Positions 46,013-55,357 are shown, numbered from the stretch's first letter. The stretch: 60,685 bases of DNA from Deltaproteobacteria bacterium (GCA_019313695.1 JAFDAS010000004.1:1-60685); one strand, 5' to 3'. Numbers and translations: made by a program. Notes: a model not told the origin generated them from the letters alone.

Positions 46013-46535
46013 TTTCAAAGAAATAACAGCGGGGAACAAACCCTTTAAGAAGGCATATGTTGCCATAATGTTGTGGTTTGTCGGCAGGGCTATTCAGGCA
46101 GCGGCCAGGGTTGACAAAGATGTGAAAAAGGAATTTGAAAAACTCCCGGATGGGTTTACTTTCTGTCTCGGCGTTCTGCCCCGGGGCCCTTATATGATTG
46201 TGGGCAAGAATGAGAAGGGGCGCGTGAAATACATGGGATGGAAGCCCGACGGCAAGCGTATCGATCTTGATATGAAGATCAAAAATATTGAAGCTGCCAT
46301 ATTGATGTTTACTTTTCAGGAGAGTACGGCCGCCGCAAGTGCCAGGAATCGCATGATAGTTGACGGAGAGGTGCCGTACGTCTGTGCGATTGTCCGTGTG
46401 CTGGATATAGGGGAGGTCTACCTGCTTCCTAAGTTTATCGCCAGACTGGCGGTGAAACGGTATCCTGCATGGTCGTTTGGCCGGAAGTATATCGGCCGGG
46501 TCCGAATATATTTTCGTTCGATATTGGGTTACTGA
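46005..46535 (+). CDS. hypothetical protein (176 aa) translationally coupled to the polyferredoxin
   Basis: ATGGATGA start/stop overlap with the upstream gene. Coding-like composition. No family recognised by eye. Confidence 0.6.
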   Translation: MDDFKEITAGNKPFKKAYVAIMLWFVGRAIQAAARVDKDVKKEFEKLPDGFTFCLGVLPRGPYMIVGKNEKGRVKYMGWKPDGKRIDLDMKIKNIEAAILMFTFQESTAAASARNRMIVDGEVPYVCAIVRVLDIGEVYLLPKFIARLAVKRYPAWSFGRKYIGRVRIYFRSILGY

Positions 46536-46541
46536 TGATAT

Positions 46542-46724
46542 GGAAGGATTCAAGGGGTCGAGGATTCAAGGGTTCGAGTGAAATGCTGAGAAACTACAAA
46601 GAAGAGTTCAAAGTTGAATCATGTAGGTTGGGTAGAGCTTGCGAAACCCAACAAAGATTAACTGAAAAGGGTTCAAAGTTCACAGTTAAAGATGGTTCAC
46701 TGTTGGACCTTTAACCTTGAAAGG
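46542..46724. repeat. intergenic repeat family, copy A (carries a 55-bp hairpin insertion)
   Basis: GGATTCAAGGGGTCGAG/GGATTCAAGGGTTCGAG modules, GTGAAAT, CTACAAAGAAGAG and CAGTTAAAGATGGTTCACTGTTGGACC are shared with 47967-48079. Confidence 0.8.
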
Positions 46725-46732
46725 ATCACACT

Positions 46733-47908
46733 ATGTTCTTCCCAGATAATTATGAATTTTATTGTCCGGTAAAGATAAATTCAGGCAACAGGGCGCTGGA
46801 ACACCTCCCCGTCGAGCTGGATGCCCTGAACGCCAGAAAACCTTTTATTATCACCGACAAAGAGATTGCAAAGAAGGGATTGATAAAAAAGATCACAGGC
46901 GCTTTTAAGGATTCGGGCATAACATTGGGTATCTTTGATGGCGTCCCTCCGGTCCCCGATCTTAAACTGGTCAGAAGACTTATGAATAACTATCGCGATA
47001 CCGGATGCGATTCAATTATAGCAGCGGGTGGAGGAGCTGTGGTGGATACAGCCAAGGCGCTTAATATCGTGGTTTCCGGGAGACCCGAGGACCTTAAAGA
47101 ATCCGCTGGAGAAGATCTGATAAAAAGTCCCCTGGGCCCTTTTGTCTTTGTGCCGACCGCTTCCGGGACGGGCTTTGAGACATCCAGGTTTGCCACTCTG
47201 GGAGGATTGAGCTTCTCTTCGCATTTTTTGATGCCGGATCTCGTGGTTATTGACCCTCGCATGGTTACATCTGAGAATGCGGACGCGGTTGTTTCCACTG
47301 CGATGATCGCCCTTGCCCACAGCGCACAGTCATATACCTGTCCGGCAAAGAACCCCATGACTGATACATACGCCTATGCCGCTATGCAGTTTGTGGGAGA
47401 AAACCTGGCCAATGTGGTCAGATCCGGCGACAAAAAGGGGCGCCTTGCGCTGGCTAATGCCGCCACCATGGCGGGGATTGCCTTTTCGAATTCCCCAAGG
47501 GGAATGGTTCATGATCTGGGGTGGGCTGCGGGTGATATCTCCGGACTTCCACATGGAATATGCATGGGTATTCTTCTGCCATATGTTCTCGAATACAATA
47601 TTGACAGTGAGGGGTATCACATGTCTGACATGCTGCTGCCCATTGCCGGTTTCGAGATATATGCCGGCACGGCGAAAAACCTGAAGGCCAGAAAGGCAAT
47701 CAATTTCATCTACGATATGCAACATGAAATACACGATATTACCAGGGGGAATATCCCTCTTACGCTGAAGGACGCGGGCATTTCAAAGGATGCCCTGGAC
47801 GGTGTGGCCAGAGCGGCTGTCGGGGAAGGTCGCCTGGGATTTAATCTGGATGATTGCATGGTGATCCTGGAACACGCCTGGGAGGGCAAACAGATAACTT
47901 CTTCCTGA
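46733..47908 (+). CDS. iron-containing (group III) alcohol dehydrogenase, paralogue 1
   Basis: AAGGGAVVDTAKA and H-rich metal-site blocks (AHSAQSY, MVHDLG, PHGICMGILLP). Confidence 0.85.
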   Translation: MFFPDNYEFYCPVKINSGNRALEHLPVELDALNARKPFIITDKEIAKKGLIKKITGAFKDSGITLGIFDGVPPVPDLKLVRRLMNNYRDTGCDSIIAAGGGAVVDTAKALNIVVSGRPEDLKESAGEDLIKSPLGPFVFVPTASGTGFETSRFATLGGLSFSSHFLMPDLVVIDPRMVTSENADAVVSTAMIALAHSAQSYTCPAKNPMTDTYAYAAMQFVGENLANVVRSGDKKGRLALANAATMAGIAFSNSPRGMVHDLGWAAGDISGLPHGICMGILLPYVLEYNIDSEGYHMSDMLLPIAGFEIYAGTAKNLKARKAINFIYDMQHEIHDITRGNIPLTLKDAGISKDALDGVARAAVGEGRLGFNLDDCMVILEHAWEGKQITSS

Positions 47909-47966
47909 GGGTCATCCCCCGATTAGTTGTAACTGAGATTAAGTCAAAATAAATGTGTTATCTATA

Positions 47967-48079
47967 GAAGGGTTCAAGGAGTCAAGGATTCAAGGGGTCA
48001 AGTGAAATACTACAAAGAAGAGCTCAAGATTCGCAGTTAAAGACTGTTCACTGTTGAACCATGAACCTGATAACCTGAA
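47967..48079. repeat. intergenic repeat family, copy B
   Basis: Same module order as copy A, without the insertion. Confidence 0.8.
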
Positions 48080-48097
48080 TAGTTAAGGAGCAAGCCT

Positions 48098-49345
48098 ATG
48101 TATTTATCTGGATACTATGAATTTTGCTGTCGGGTCAAGATGATTGCCGGTCATGACGCGCTTGAAAAAATTCCTGGAGCGCTCGCGCAGTTACATGCCG
48201 GCAGGCCGTTGATTATCACGGATAAAGGTGTTTCCGGGGCCGGGCTGGTTGATACAGTGGTTGATGCCATAAAGGATGGAATTGACATAGGAGCCATGGC
48301 GGATGATGTGCCGCAGGATTCGTCTGTGAAAGTTGTCAACCATCTGGCGGATGTGTACCGGGACAATAACTGCGATTCCATTGTCGCGGTGGGCGGCGGC
48401 TCGGTTATGGATACGGCCAAAGGGGTAAATATCGTGGTCTCCGAGAATGCGGACGACCTGATGAAATTCAGCGGTGTCGGTGTCCTGAAGAAGGCATTAA
48501 AACCGCTTCTTGTAATACCTACAACTTCCGGGACCGGGTCAGAGGTTACTCTGGCTGCCGTGATAAAGGATCATGAGAGACATCTGAAGATGGCCTTTGC
48601 CAGTTATTTCCTTCTACCGGATGTTGCCATACTGGATTCACGTATGACCCTTACACTTCCCCCGTTTCTCACGGCGTCGACCGCCATGGATGCCATGGCA
48701 CATGCCGTTGAGGCCTATACAGGTCTGGCCAAAAATCCCATGAGCGACGCCAATGCGATAGCCGCCATCAGCCTTATCAGCAGTAATCTGTTGAATGTGA
48801 TAAAAACCCCCTCCGACAGAGAGGGGCGCCTTGCCCTGGCAAATGGAGCCACCCTGGCCGGAGCCGCATTTTCCAATTCTCTGGTAGGCGTGGTTCATGC
48901 TCTCGGACACGCGACCGGTTCCGTGTGCGGTGTTCCTCATGGGGTGTGCATGTCCATACTGCTCCCATATGGTCTGGAGTATAATATGCACAAGAGAGCT
49001 CACTTTACAGGTGAACTTCTGCTGCCGCTGGCGGGAGCGGAAGTGTACGTCGGTACGCCGAAACATCTGAGAGCGGAGGGGACGGTTGCCTATATTCGTA
49101 AGATGAATCAGAACATGCATGATGCTACAGACGGAAGACACGCCCGTTTCTTCGAAGAAGTCAAAGACAGAGACGGAAGGCGTATGGTGCCGAGAGAAAA
49201 ACTGGAGGATATCGCCGAGGCGGCCCTTGATGACGGATCAATAGTTTACAATCCCGAAGAATGCGATTATGAAGATTTTCTGATGATAATCAGAGCGGCC
49301 TGGGAAGGCGCGCCCCTTGACAGGAGTCTGATTAAAGGAGTATAA
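48098..49345 (+). CDS. iron-containing (group III) alcohol dehydrogenase, paralogue 2
   Basis: AVGGGSVMDTAKG, MAHAVEAY, VVHALGH and PHGVCMSILLP. AAGGAG RBS. Confidence 0.85.
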   Translation: MYLSGYYEFCCRVKMIAGHDALEKIPGALAQLHAGRPLIITDKGVSGAGLVDTVVDAIKDGIDIGAMADDVPQDSSVKVVNHLADVYRDNNCDSIVAVGGGSVMDTAKGVNIVVSENADDLMKFSGVGVLKKALKPLLVIPTTSGTGSEVTLAAVIKDHERHLKMAFASYFLLPDVAILDSRMTLTLPPFLTASTAMDAMAHAVEAYTGLAKNPMSDANAIAAISLISSNLLNVIKTPSDREGRLALANGATLAGAAFSNSLVGVVHALGHATGSVCGVPHGVCMSILLPYGLEYNMHKRAHFTGELLLPLAGAEVYVGTPKHLRAEGTVAYIRKMNQNMHDATDGRHARFFEEVKDRDGRRMVPREKLEDIAEAALDDGSIVYNPEECDYEDFLMIIRAAWEGAPLDRSLIKGV

Positions 49346-49351
49346 GCGTAT

Positions 49352-49520
49352 CCATCAATACACGGGTGGATGTGAGGAAGAGGGGTGAAAATCCCCCGCT
49401 GCCCCGCAGCCGTGAAGGGAACGAAAACCCAAAACAGCCACTGTTCCGATACAATCGGGATGGGAAGGCGGGTTAGTAGGGTGCCCTGAGCCGGAAGACC
49501 GGTCCACCCGCAAATCCTCG
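49352..49520 (+). promoter_or_regulatory. cobalamin (B12) riboswitch
   Basis: Conserved blocks appear in the canonical order: GGTGAAAATCC, GCTGCCCCGCAGCCGTGAAGG, CAGCCACTG, GGGAAGGCGG and B12-box-like GAGCCGGAAGACCGGTC. Boundaries are approximate. Confidence 0.85.
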
Positions 49521-49639
49521 AGGGAGGTGTGCCACGAAGTGTTTTGCCTGTTTTACAATCCTTACGGTTTCGTAAAAAGTTCGACAACTTTGACTTATCG
49601 GTATTGTTCCGCACCCTCGCCCGGGTACAGTGGTGTATC

Positions 49640-50668
49640 ATGAAAAGACCCGTAGTCACCACCCCGGCGAAAGTAGCCAGGGTAAGCGCTGTATTGCTCA
49701 TCGTTTTCGTGGTTGTGGCGGTTGTATCTGTTCTGACCGGGACGGCCGGTATCGGTGCCTCCAAGGTACTCAGGAGTATTGTATCCGGGTGGCGCGAAGG
49801 CCACCTTGTCCTGGCGCCTTCTGAAAAAACCATCCTCTTCTCGATCCGCCTGCCGAGGATCATCTTTGCCGGAATCGTCGGCGCAGCGCTTTCCACCGCG
49901 GGGGTAGTGTTTCAGGCGCTTCTCAGGAATCCTCTGGCGGATCCTTATATACTCGGAGTTTCAGGTGGTTCCGCTGTGGGAGCAATCATAGGTATAATAA
50001 TTGGCGCGGGCTGTGTCCCCTTCGGCATTCCAGCGCTTGCCTTTCTGGGTGCGGTTTTGACGGTGGCGCTGGTTTTTGTGATAGGGAGCAGGGAAGGGCG
50101 CCTCGATTCCAATACACTTCTCCTTGCCGGGGTTATCGTCAACGCCTTCTTCTCGGCGGTCATCATGTTTTTCATCTCCATCAGTTCCAACGCTGATCTG
50201 CACAATATCGCCTTCTGGCTGATGGGCGATATGAGTCTGGCCGACGGGGACAAGATCATGCTGATGGGCCTCCTTCTTGCCGTCGGAACCGGTGTTGTGT
50301 ATTGTTACGCCAGACCGCTGAATCTGATCGTTGCCGGCGAGGAGACAGCCATGCAGTTAGGTGTGGATGTAAAGAGGACAAAGATTGTGCTGTTTTTTGC
50401 GGGTTCGCTTATGACTGCCGTCGCGGTATCTTTTACCGGCATTATAGGATTTGTCGGTCTTGTCATTCCCCATATGATGAGAATGGCGCTGGGGACGGAT
50501 CACAGGTTGCTGATTCCGGCGTCATTCCTTTTCGGCGCGTCGTTCCTGGTAATCGCCGACACTGTAGCCAGGGTTATATTTCCCGGCATGGAACTGCCTG
50601 TCGGGGTTGTTACCGCGTTGTGTGGAGCGCCTTACTTTATATATCTCTTGCGAACGAGGAGTACGTAG
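49640..50668 (+). CDS. btuC: FecCD/BtuC-family ABC permease
   Basis: The hydrophobic N-terminus starts at MKRPVVTTPAKVARVSAVLLIV. FecCD pattern RLPRIIFAGIVGAALSTAG. Downstream of the B12 riboswitch. The ORF-track start at 49529 lies inside the riboswitch region. Confidence 0.8.
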   Translation: MKRPVVTTPAKVARVSAVLLIVFVVVAVVSVLTGTAGIGASKVLRSIVSGWREGHLVLAPSEKTILFSIRLPRIIFAGIVGAALSTAGVVFQALLRNPLADPYILGVSGGSAVGAIIGIIIGAGCVPFGIPALAFLGAVLTVALVFVIGSREGRLDSNTLLLAGVIVNAFFSAVIMFFISISSNADLHNIAFWLMGDMSLADGDKIMLMGLLLAVGTGVVYCYARPLNLIVAGEETAMQLGVDVKRTKIVLFFAGSLMTAVAVSFTGIIGFVGLVIPHMMRMALGTDHRLLIPASFLFGASFLVIADTVARVIFPGMELPVGVVTALCGAPYFIYLLRTRST

Positions 50669-50671
50669 GCT

Positions 50672-51475
50672 GTGTCCATTATAAAAGTGGCAGAAATAGA
50701 CTTTCGGTATAAAGACGTGTGGGCGCTGAGAGATGTTTCCTTCGATGTCCGCCGTGGAGAATTCCTGGGTATAATAGGTCCCAATGGTTCGGGTAAGACC
50801 ACACTCATCAGGGTTATCGACGGCATCCTTGCGCCGGAGAGGGGTGACATCAGCGTTAAAGGGAACAATATACGGGGTATGCGAAGGAGGGATCTTGCCA
50901 GGCTCGTCGCGGTAGTGCCCCAGGATTCTGCCATGATATTTCCCTTCATGGCGCTTGAGATTGTGATGATGGGGAGATCACCCCATCTGGGGATGTTGAG
51001 ATTTGAGGGGAATAGAGATTTTGAGATAGCGCGCGAGGCTATGGAGATGACGGATACCATTTCACTGGCGGATCGTAGCATAGATAAATTGAGTGGAGGC
51101 GAACGTCAGAGAGTTCTCATAGCGAGAGCCCTGGCGCAGGAACCGGAGGTAGTCCTTCTCGATGAATCAACTGCATTCCTGGACATAAAACATCAGGCGG
51201 CATTTTTTGGTTTGATGAAGGCGTTGAACAGAGAAAAAGGGCTTACCGTCCTTGCCGCGACTCATGACATAAACCTTGCGGCCGCTTATTGTGACAGAAT
51301 TATGCTGTTAAAGAACGGACGTATTCACAGCCTGGGAGCGCCGGGTGAAGTTATCACGGAAGCGAATATAAGGGAGGTTTATGAAACCGATGTTCTGGTG
51401 GATGCCAATCCTCTGAACGGATTGCCGAGGATAACATTGATGGCTTCGAAGGGGAAAGGGGTTTGTTCATTATGA
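50672..51475 (+). CDS. btuD: ABC ATP-binding protein (BtuD/FepC-like)
   Basis: GPNGSGKTT, LSGGERQRV and VLLDES. GTG start 4 nt after the permease stop. Confidence 0.85.
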   Translation: MSIIKVAEIDFRYKDVWALRDVSFDVRRGEFLGIIGPNGSGKTTLIRVIDGILAPERGDISVKGNNIRGMRRRDLARLVAVVPQDSAMIFPFMALEIVMMGRSPHLGMLRFEGNRDFEIAREAMEMTDTISLADRSIDKLSGGERQRVLIARALAQEPEVVLLDESTAFLDIKHQAAFFGLMKALNREKGLTVLAATHDINLAAAYCDRIMLLKNGRIHSLGAPGEVITEANIREVYETDVLVDANPLNGLPRITLMASKGKGVCSL

Positions 51476-53484
51476 GAAGTTCAGAAAAGTTTCTGGTGGG
51501 TATCGCAGTGTTGTTTGCGTGCACCCTTTTCGCGTTTTCTTCCTTTGCGGAGGAGGGAGAAAGCACTGTGGCGCTGGAAGAGGTTGTTGTCACGGCAAGC
51601 AGAGACAAAGAAGAGGTTCGCAAGATTCCGGCAAATGTCAGCGTTATCACTGCCGGGGATATCAAAAAATCCGGTGCTACCAGCATAGTAGAAGTTCTGG
51701 AAAAGCTGGGAAGCATTAATTTCAAAACTTTCAGCGGCAATCCTTCACAGGCAGTGGTGGACATGCGGGGTTTCGGAGAGAACGGTTTTGGCAGAACCCT
51801 TGTTTTGCTGGATGGCAGAAGACTGAACAGACCGGATATGTCAGGTGTAAACTGGCTTCAGATACCTATCAACAATGTTGAAAGGATAGAAGTTGTCAGG
51901 GGCGCTTCCAGCGTTCTGTATGGCGACTCCGCTGTTGCAGGCGTGATTAATATCATCACAAAAAGGGGCAAAGGAAAACCCCGGATAAGCGCTTCGGTTA
52001 TAGCAGGAAGCTATGGCCTGCATGATGAAAGAGTGGGAATAACCGGCTCTTATGACAGGCTTTCGTACTCCCTGACCGGTGAAAACCAGAAAACATTCGG
52101 CTACAGAGACAGGTCAAGGTTTGCATCGAAGGGTGCTGGATTAGATCTGGGTTATGATGCAAGCGATTATCTTGATATTTCCCTTGGGGTGTCCTTTAAC
52201 AGAACTGACTTTGACATGCCGGGTTGCCTGACAAAAGCTGAGATGGAACAGAACAGAAAACAGTATCAGCCGGGGTATTCAAATGATGACGCATCAAATG
52301 AATATAGTAATATCACCCTTAAGATGGAATCCTTTCTGGGTGATTTCGGACGATTTGATGTTAATTTTTTATATAGCAATAAGGAGATCACTGCCGATTA
52401 TGCATCATACTCCTCCTATTCCGTTGTGGACATCGACACATACGGAATCATGCCAAAATATATACTGGAGAAGGATATTTTCGGGCATGGAAACAAGCTG
52501 ATTTTAGGGTTGGATTATTACCATGAGAACCTTGATGTTGATAAATTCAGTGATCGTGAAAAGACATTAAAAACATCTACTGCAGAACTGACGAAAAACA
52601 GCCTCGGCTACTACCTCAGAGACGAATTCAACATCCTTAAAGAACTTATCCTGAGCGCCGGGTATAGAACTGAAAGGGCGGAAATAAAAGGAAATAAAAT
52701 ACTTTCAACAGGAACGATGCCCTTTGACAGCAAAAAGACTCACAAAGGAGAGGCGTATGAGGCAGGTCTGGTTTATCTGATAGGGGAAAAATCCAAGGTG
52801 TTTGCAAAATATGCCCAGGTGTATCGCTATCCGTTTACCGATGAGCAGGCATCATACTGGGGAGTTGGAACGGATGTCTTCTTGATAGATCTTGAAAAAG
52901 AAAAAGGCAAAAGCTATGAAATAGGCACCCGGTTTTATCCTCTGGAAAACCTGAAGATCGGATTGACTTTATTCAGGATTGACATGGAAGATGAGATCGC
53001 ATGGAATAATGGCAGGAATGAAAACCTCGACAAGACAAGACATCAAGGAGCCGAGTTTTCAATGTCATATAAATTGAAGGACCTGGCCAGATTTTACGGC
53101 AACTTCACCTATCACAATGCGGAATTCAGGGAGGGCGGAAATGTCGGCAAAAAGGTGCCTTTAGTTCCCGAGAAAATGGCCAATGCCGGGCTGGAGATAT
53201 ACCTGCCATATACTCTCATGCTGCGTCCTGAAGTCCGATATGTCGGAAAAAGTTATCTGGGCTTTGACAACGATAACAGCGCCGAGCGGATGGATGACTA
53301 TACAGTCTATAGCCTTTTCCTCCGGTATGCCCCCGAATCCGGCGGCCGCAAGCTTTCGGCCTTCTTTGGTATCGAAAATCTGACAGACGAGAAGTACTCT
53401 ACAATGGGATATGAAGGCGCGACAAATACCTACTATCCATCGCCGGATATTACCGTCAGGGGAGGAGTTTCGATTGGCTTTTAA
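51472..53484 (+). CDS. btuB: TonB-dependent outer-membrane receptor (BtuB-like)
   Basis: Signal peptide, TonB box/plug (LEEVVVTASR...IPANVSVIT), and a C-terminal beta-barrel ending in ...VSIGF. ATGA overlap with the ATPase stop. Confidence 0.85.
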   Translation: MRSSEKFLVGIAVLFACTLFAFSSFAEEGESTVALEEVVVTASRDKEEVRKIPANVSVITAGDIKKSGATSIVEVLEKLGSINFKTFSGNPSQAVVDMRGFGENGFGRTLVLLDGRRLNRPDMSGVNWLQIPINNVERIEVVRGASSVLYGDSAVAGVINIITKRGKGKPRISASVIAGSYGLHDERVGITGSYDRLSYSLTGENQKTFGYRDRSRFASKGAGLDLGYDASDYLDISLGVSFNRTDFDMPGCLTKAEMEQNRKQYQPGYSNDDASNEYSNITLKMESFLGDFGRFDVNFLYSNKEITADYASYSSYSVVDIDTYGIMPKYILEKDIFGHGNKLILGLDYYHENLDVDKFSDREKTLKTSTAELTKNSLGYYLRDEFNILKELILSAGYRTERAEIKGNKILSTGTMPFDSKKTHKGEAYEAGLVYLIGEKSKVFAKYAQVYRYPFTDEQASYWGVGTDVFLIDLEKEKGKSYEIGTRFYPLENLKIGLTLFRIDMEDEIAWNNGRNENLDKTRHQGAEFSMSYKLKDLARFYGNFTYHNAEFREGGNVGKKVPLVPEKMANAGLEIYLPYTLMLRPEVRYVGKSYLGFDNDNSAERMDDYTVYSLFLRYAPESGGRKLSAFFGIENLTDEKYSTMGYEGATNTYYPSPDITVRGGVSIGF

Positions 53485-53509
53485 CCTTGTGCGGTGAAAG
53501 GAAATTCAG

Positions 53510-54121
53510 ATGATCAACTATTTTTATCAGGGCGGACCAGTAATGTACCCGCTTCTTTTTTGCTCCCTGGTATCCCTTACCATTGTCATAGAGAGGGGTA
53601 TATTCTGGATGCGGGAGAAGAAAAGGCGTGACAGGAACTTGCTCGACAGGTTTATGTCTCTTGTTGAAAAAGGGGAGCTTGAAGAGGCCAGAGAGCTTGT
53701 AGTGGATTCCCGTGACCCGGTTGTACGTGTCCTGGTGTGCGGTATCGTCCATCGGGAGTTTTCACTGAAAGACGCCCTCCGTATGAGCGCCGATGAAGAA
53801 ATCGCGAGAACGAGACGGTATCTCCCTGTCCTTGATACGATGATAACCCTTTCACCCCTTTTAGGGATTCTGGGAACGGTCACAGGCATCATATATTCCT
53901 TCAATATGCTGGGGAGCGCGGGTGTGGAGAACCCAGCTATGATTACCGCGGGAATAGGGCAGGCCCTTCTGACCACCGCCTTTGGACTTGCCATAGCGAT
54001 CTTCAGCCTTATACCCTACAACTATTTTCTGTCCAGGATCGAGAAGACCGCGCATGAGATGGAGAAATATGGCACTACCCTGGAGATACTGTTTGAGGGA
54101 GGGTCACATCTTAATTATTAA
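53510..54121 (+). CDS. exbB: MotA/TolQ/ExbB proton-channel protein
   Basis: GGPVMYPLLFCSLVSLTIVIER... and LGILGTVTGI motifs. Confidence 0.85.
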   Translation: MINYFYQGGPVMYPLLFCSLVSLTIVIERGIFWMREKKRRDRNLLDRFMSLVEKGELEEARELVVDSRDPVVRVLVCGIVHREFSLKDALRMSADEEIARTRRYLPVLDTMITLSPLLGILGTVTGIIYSFNMLGSAGVENPAMITAGIGQALLTTAFGLAIAIFSLIPYNYFLSRIEKTAHEMEKYGTTLEILFEGGSHLNY

Positions 54122-54189
54122 CTATTCGGAGTTTTAGGAGGGGAACACTTTTTGAAAAAGCCGAATAGTTAATAATTAAGATGTGACCC
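54101..54189. repeat. perfect 29-bp inverted repeat with a 31-nt spacer, overlapping the exbB stop
   Basis: GGGTCACATCTTAATTATTAACTATTCGG (54101-54129) and its exact reverse complement (54161-54189). The spacer contains AGGAGG. Confidence 0.9.
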
Positions 54190-54204
54190 TCATTGTGAGC
54201 ATTG

Positions 54205-54654
54205 ATGAAGATTTCAAGAAAACACACAGATAAAGCACGCATCGAAATGATACCTCTGATTGATGTCGTTTTTCTTCTCCTTGTGACATTTATATTCTTT
54301 GCGATGTCGATGACCATCAACAGGGGAATTCCTGTTAACCTCCCGGTTTCGTCCGCCGCGCAGGTGAAGGAGAAGGATTGTGCTGAAATCGCGATAAAGA
54401 AAAATGGAGAAATATTTTTCAACAGGGAGAAAATGAATGCTCAGACCCTTCTCTCCCGGCTTGTTCTTCTCCACAGGGAATTGCCTGGAACAAAGATTAT
54501 CATCTCCGGTGACAGGGAGGCGTCTTACGAATCTGTTGTGTCGGTCATAGATACGGTGAAGAAGGCCGGTATCTCCGGACTATCATTGAAAACAGAGATC
54601 GACAATCGGGAGTCAGGGGCCGGATCAAAAAACACTTTACGGGACCGTAAATAA
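54205..54654 (+). CDS. exbD: ExbD/TolR biopolymer transport protein
   Basis: IEMIPLIDVVFLLLVTFIF and the ExbD periplasmic domain. The start could also be TTG 54202. Confidence 0.85.
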   Translation: MKISRKHTDKARIEMIPLIDVVFLLLVTFIFFAMSMTINRGIPVNLPVSSAAQVKEKDCAEIAIKKNGEIFFNREKMNAQTLLSRLVLLHRELPGTKIIISGDREASYESVVSVIDTVKKAGISGLSLKTEIDNRESGAGSKNTLRDRK

Positions 54655-55328
54655 TGCCGGGGAAAGATCTTGTGATTGCGGCTGTCATTGCCGTCGCCCT
54701 TCACTGCGGCGCGGCATTTGTGCGTATTCCGGCTGTTTTCACCCTTCCTGAAATCTATGAGAATAAGACCCTTGAAATATCGCTTGTTTCTGCATATAAA
54801 GGAGTTTCTGAAGAGTCCGAAGTCGAGGTGCATGAAACAAAAAAAGAGAAGAACAAGGCGGACGGCAGAGAAGAGAGGGCGTTAAAAAAGCGGGCGGAAA
54901 AAATAGTAAAAAAAGAAGAGCTTGGTCCAACAGAAGAGAGAAAAGAGCCCAATCTTCCTTGGGAGATTGCACCCGTAAAGATGTTCAAAGCCCCGCCATC
55001 TCTTCATGTCACGCAAAATAAAGACAGGCCGACTGAAAAAATAATTATAGTGCCTGCCATGCCCCGTTATAAAAACAATCCGCCTCCAAAATATCCGGCA
55101 ATCGCGCGCAGGAGAGGATATGAAGGAAGGGTTCTTCTCTCTGCAACGATATCGATTGAGGGCAATGTGGCAGGGTTGAAGGTAAAAGAATCTTCGGGGC
55201 ATCCGGTTCTGGATCGAGCCGCCGTAAAGGCGGTTGAGACGTGGGAGTTCGAACCTGCGAGACGAATGGGGTCTCCGGTTCCAATGTCGGTGGATGTTCC
55301 TGTGCGATTTGTGTTAAGGCAACCATAG
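54654..55328 (+). CDS. tonB: TonB-family energy transducer
   Basis: N-terminal TM segment, a Lys/Glu/Pro-rich linker, and the C-terminal domain PPKYPAIARRRGYEGRVLL...GHPVLDRAA. Confidence 0.85.
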   Translation: MPGKDLVIAAVIAVALHCGAAFVRIPAVFTLPEIYENKTLEISLVSAYKGVSEESEVEVHETKKEKNKADGREERALKKRAEKIVKKEELGPTEERKEPNLPWEIAPVKMFKAPPSLHVTQNKDRPTEKIIIVPAMPRYKNNPPPKYPAIARRRGYEGRVLLSATISIEGNVAGLKVKESSGHPVLDRAAVKAVETWEFEPARRMGSPVPMSVDVPVRFVLRQP

Positions 55329-55357
55329 CTGATTTTGGAAAGAGAGAGTTTTTGTCC

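Noticed and set aside
49529-49639. Upstream GTG start for the BtuC-like permease
   Set aside because: It would place the start immediately after a GGGAGG with about 1 nt of spacing, abutting the 3' end of the riboswitch. The hydrophobic FecCD N-terminus begins at MKRPVV (49640).
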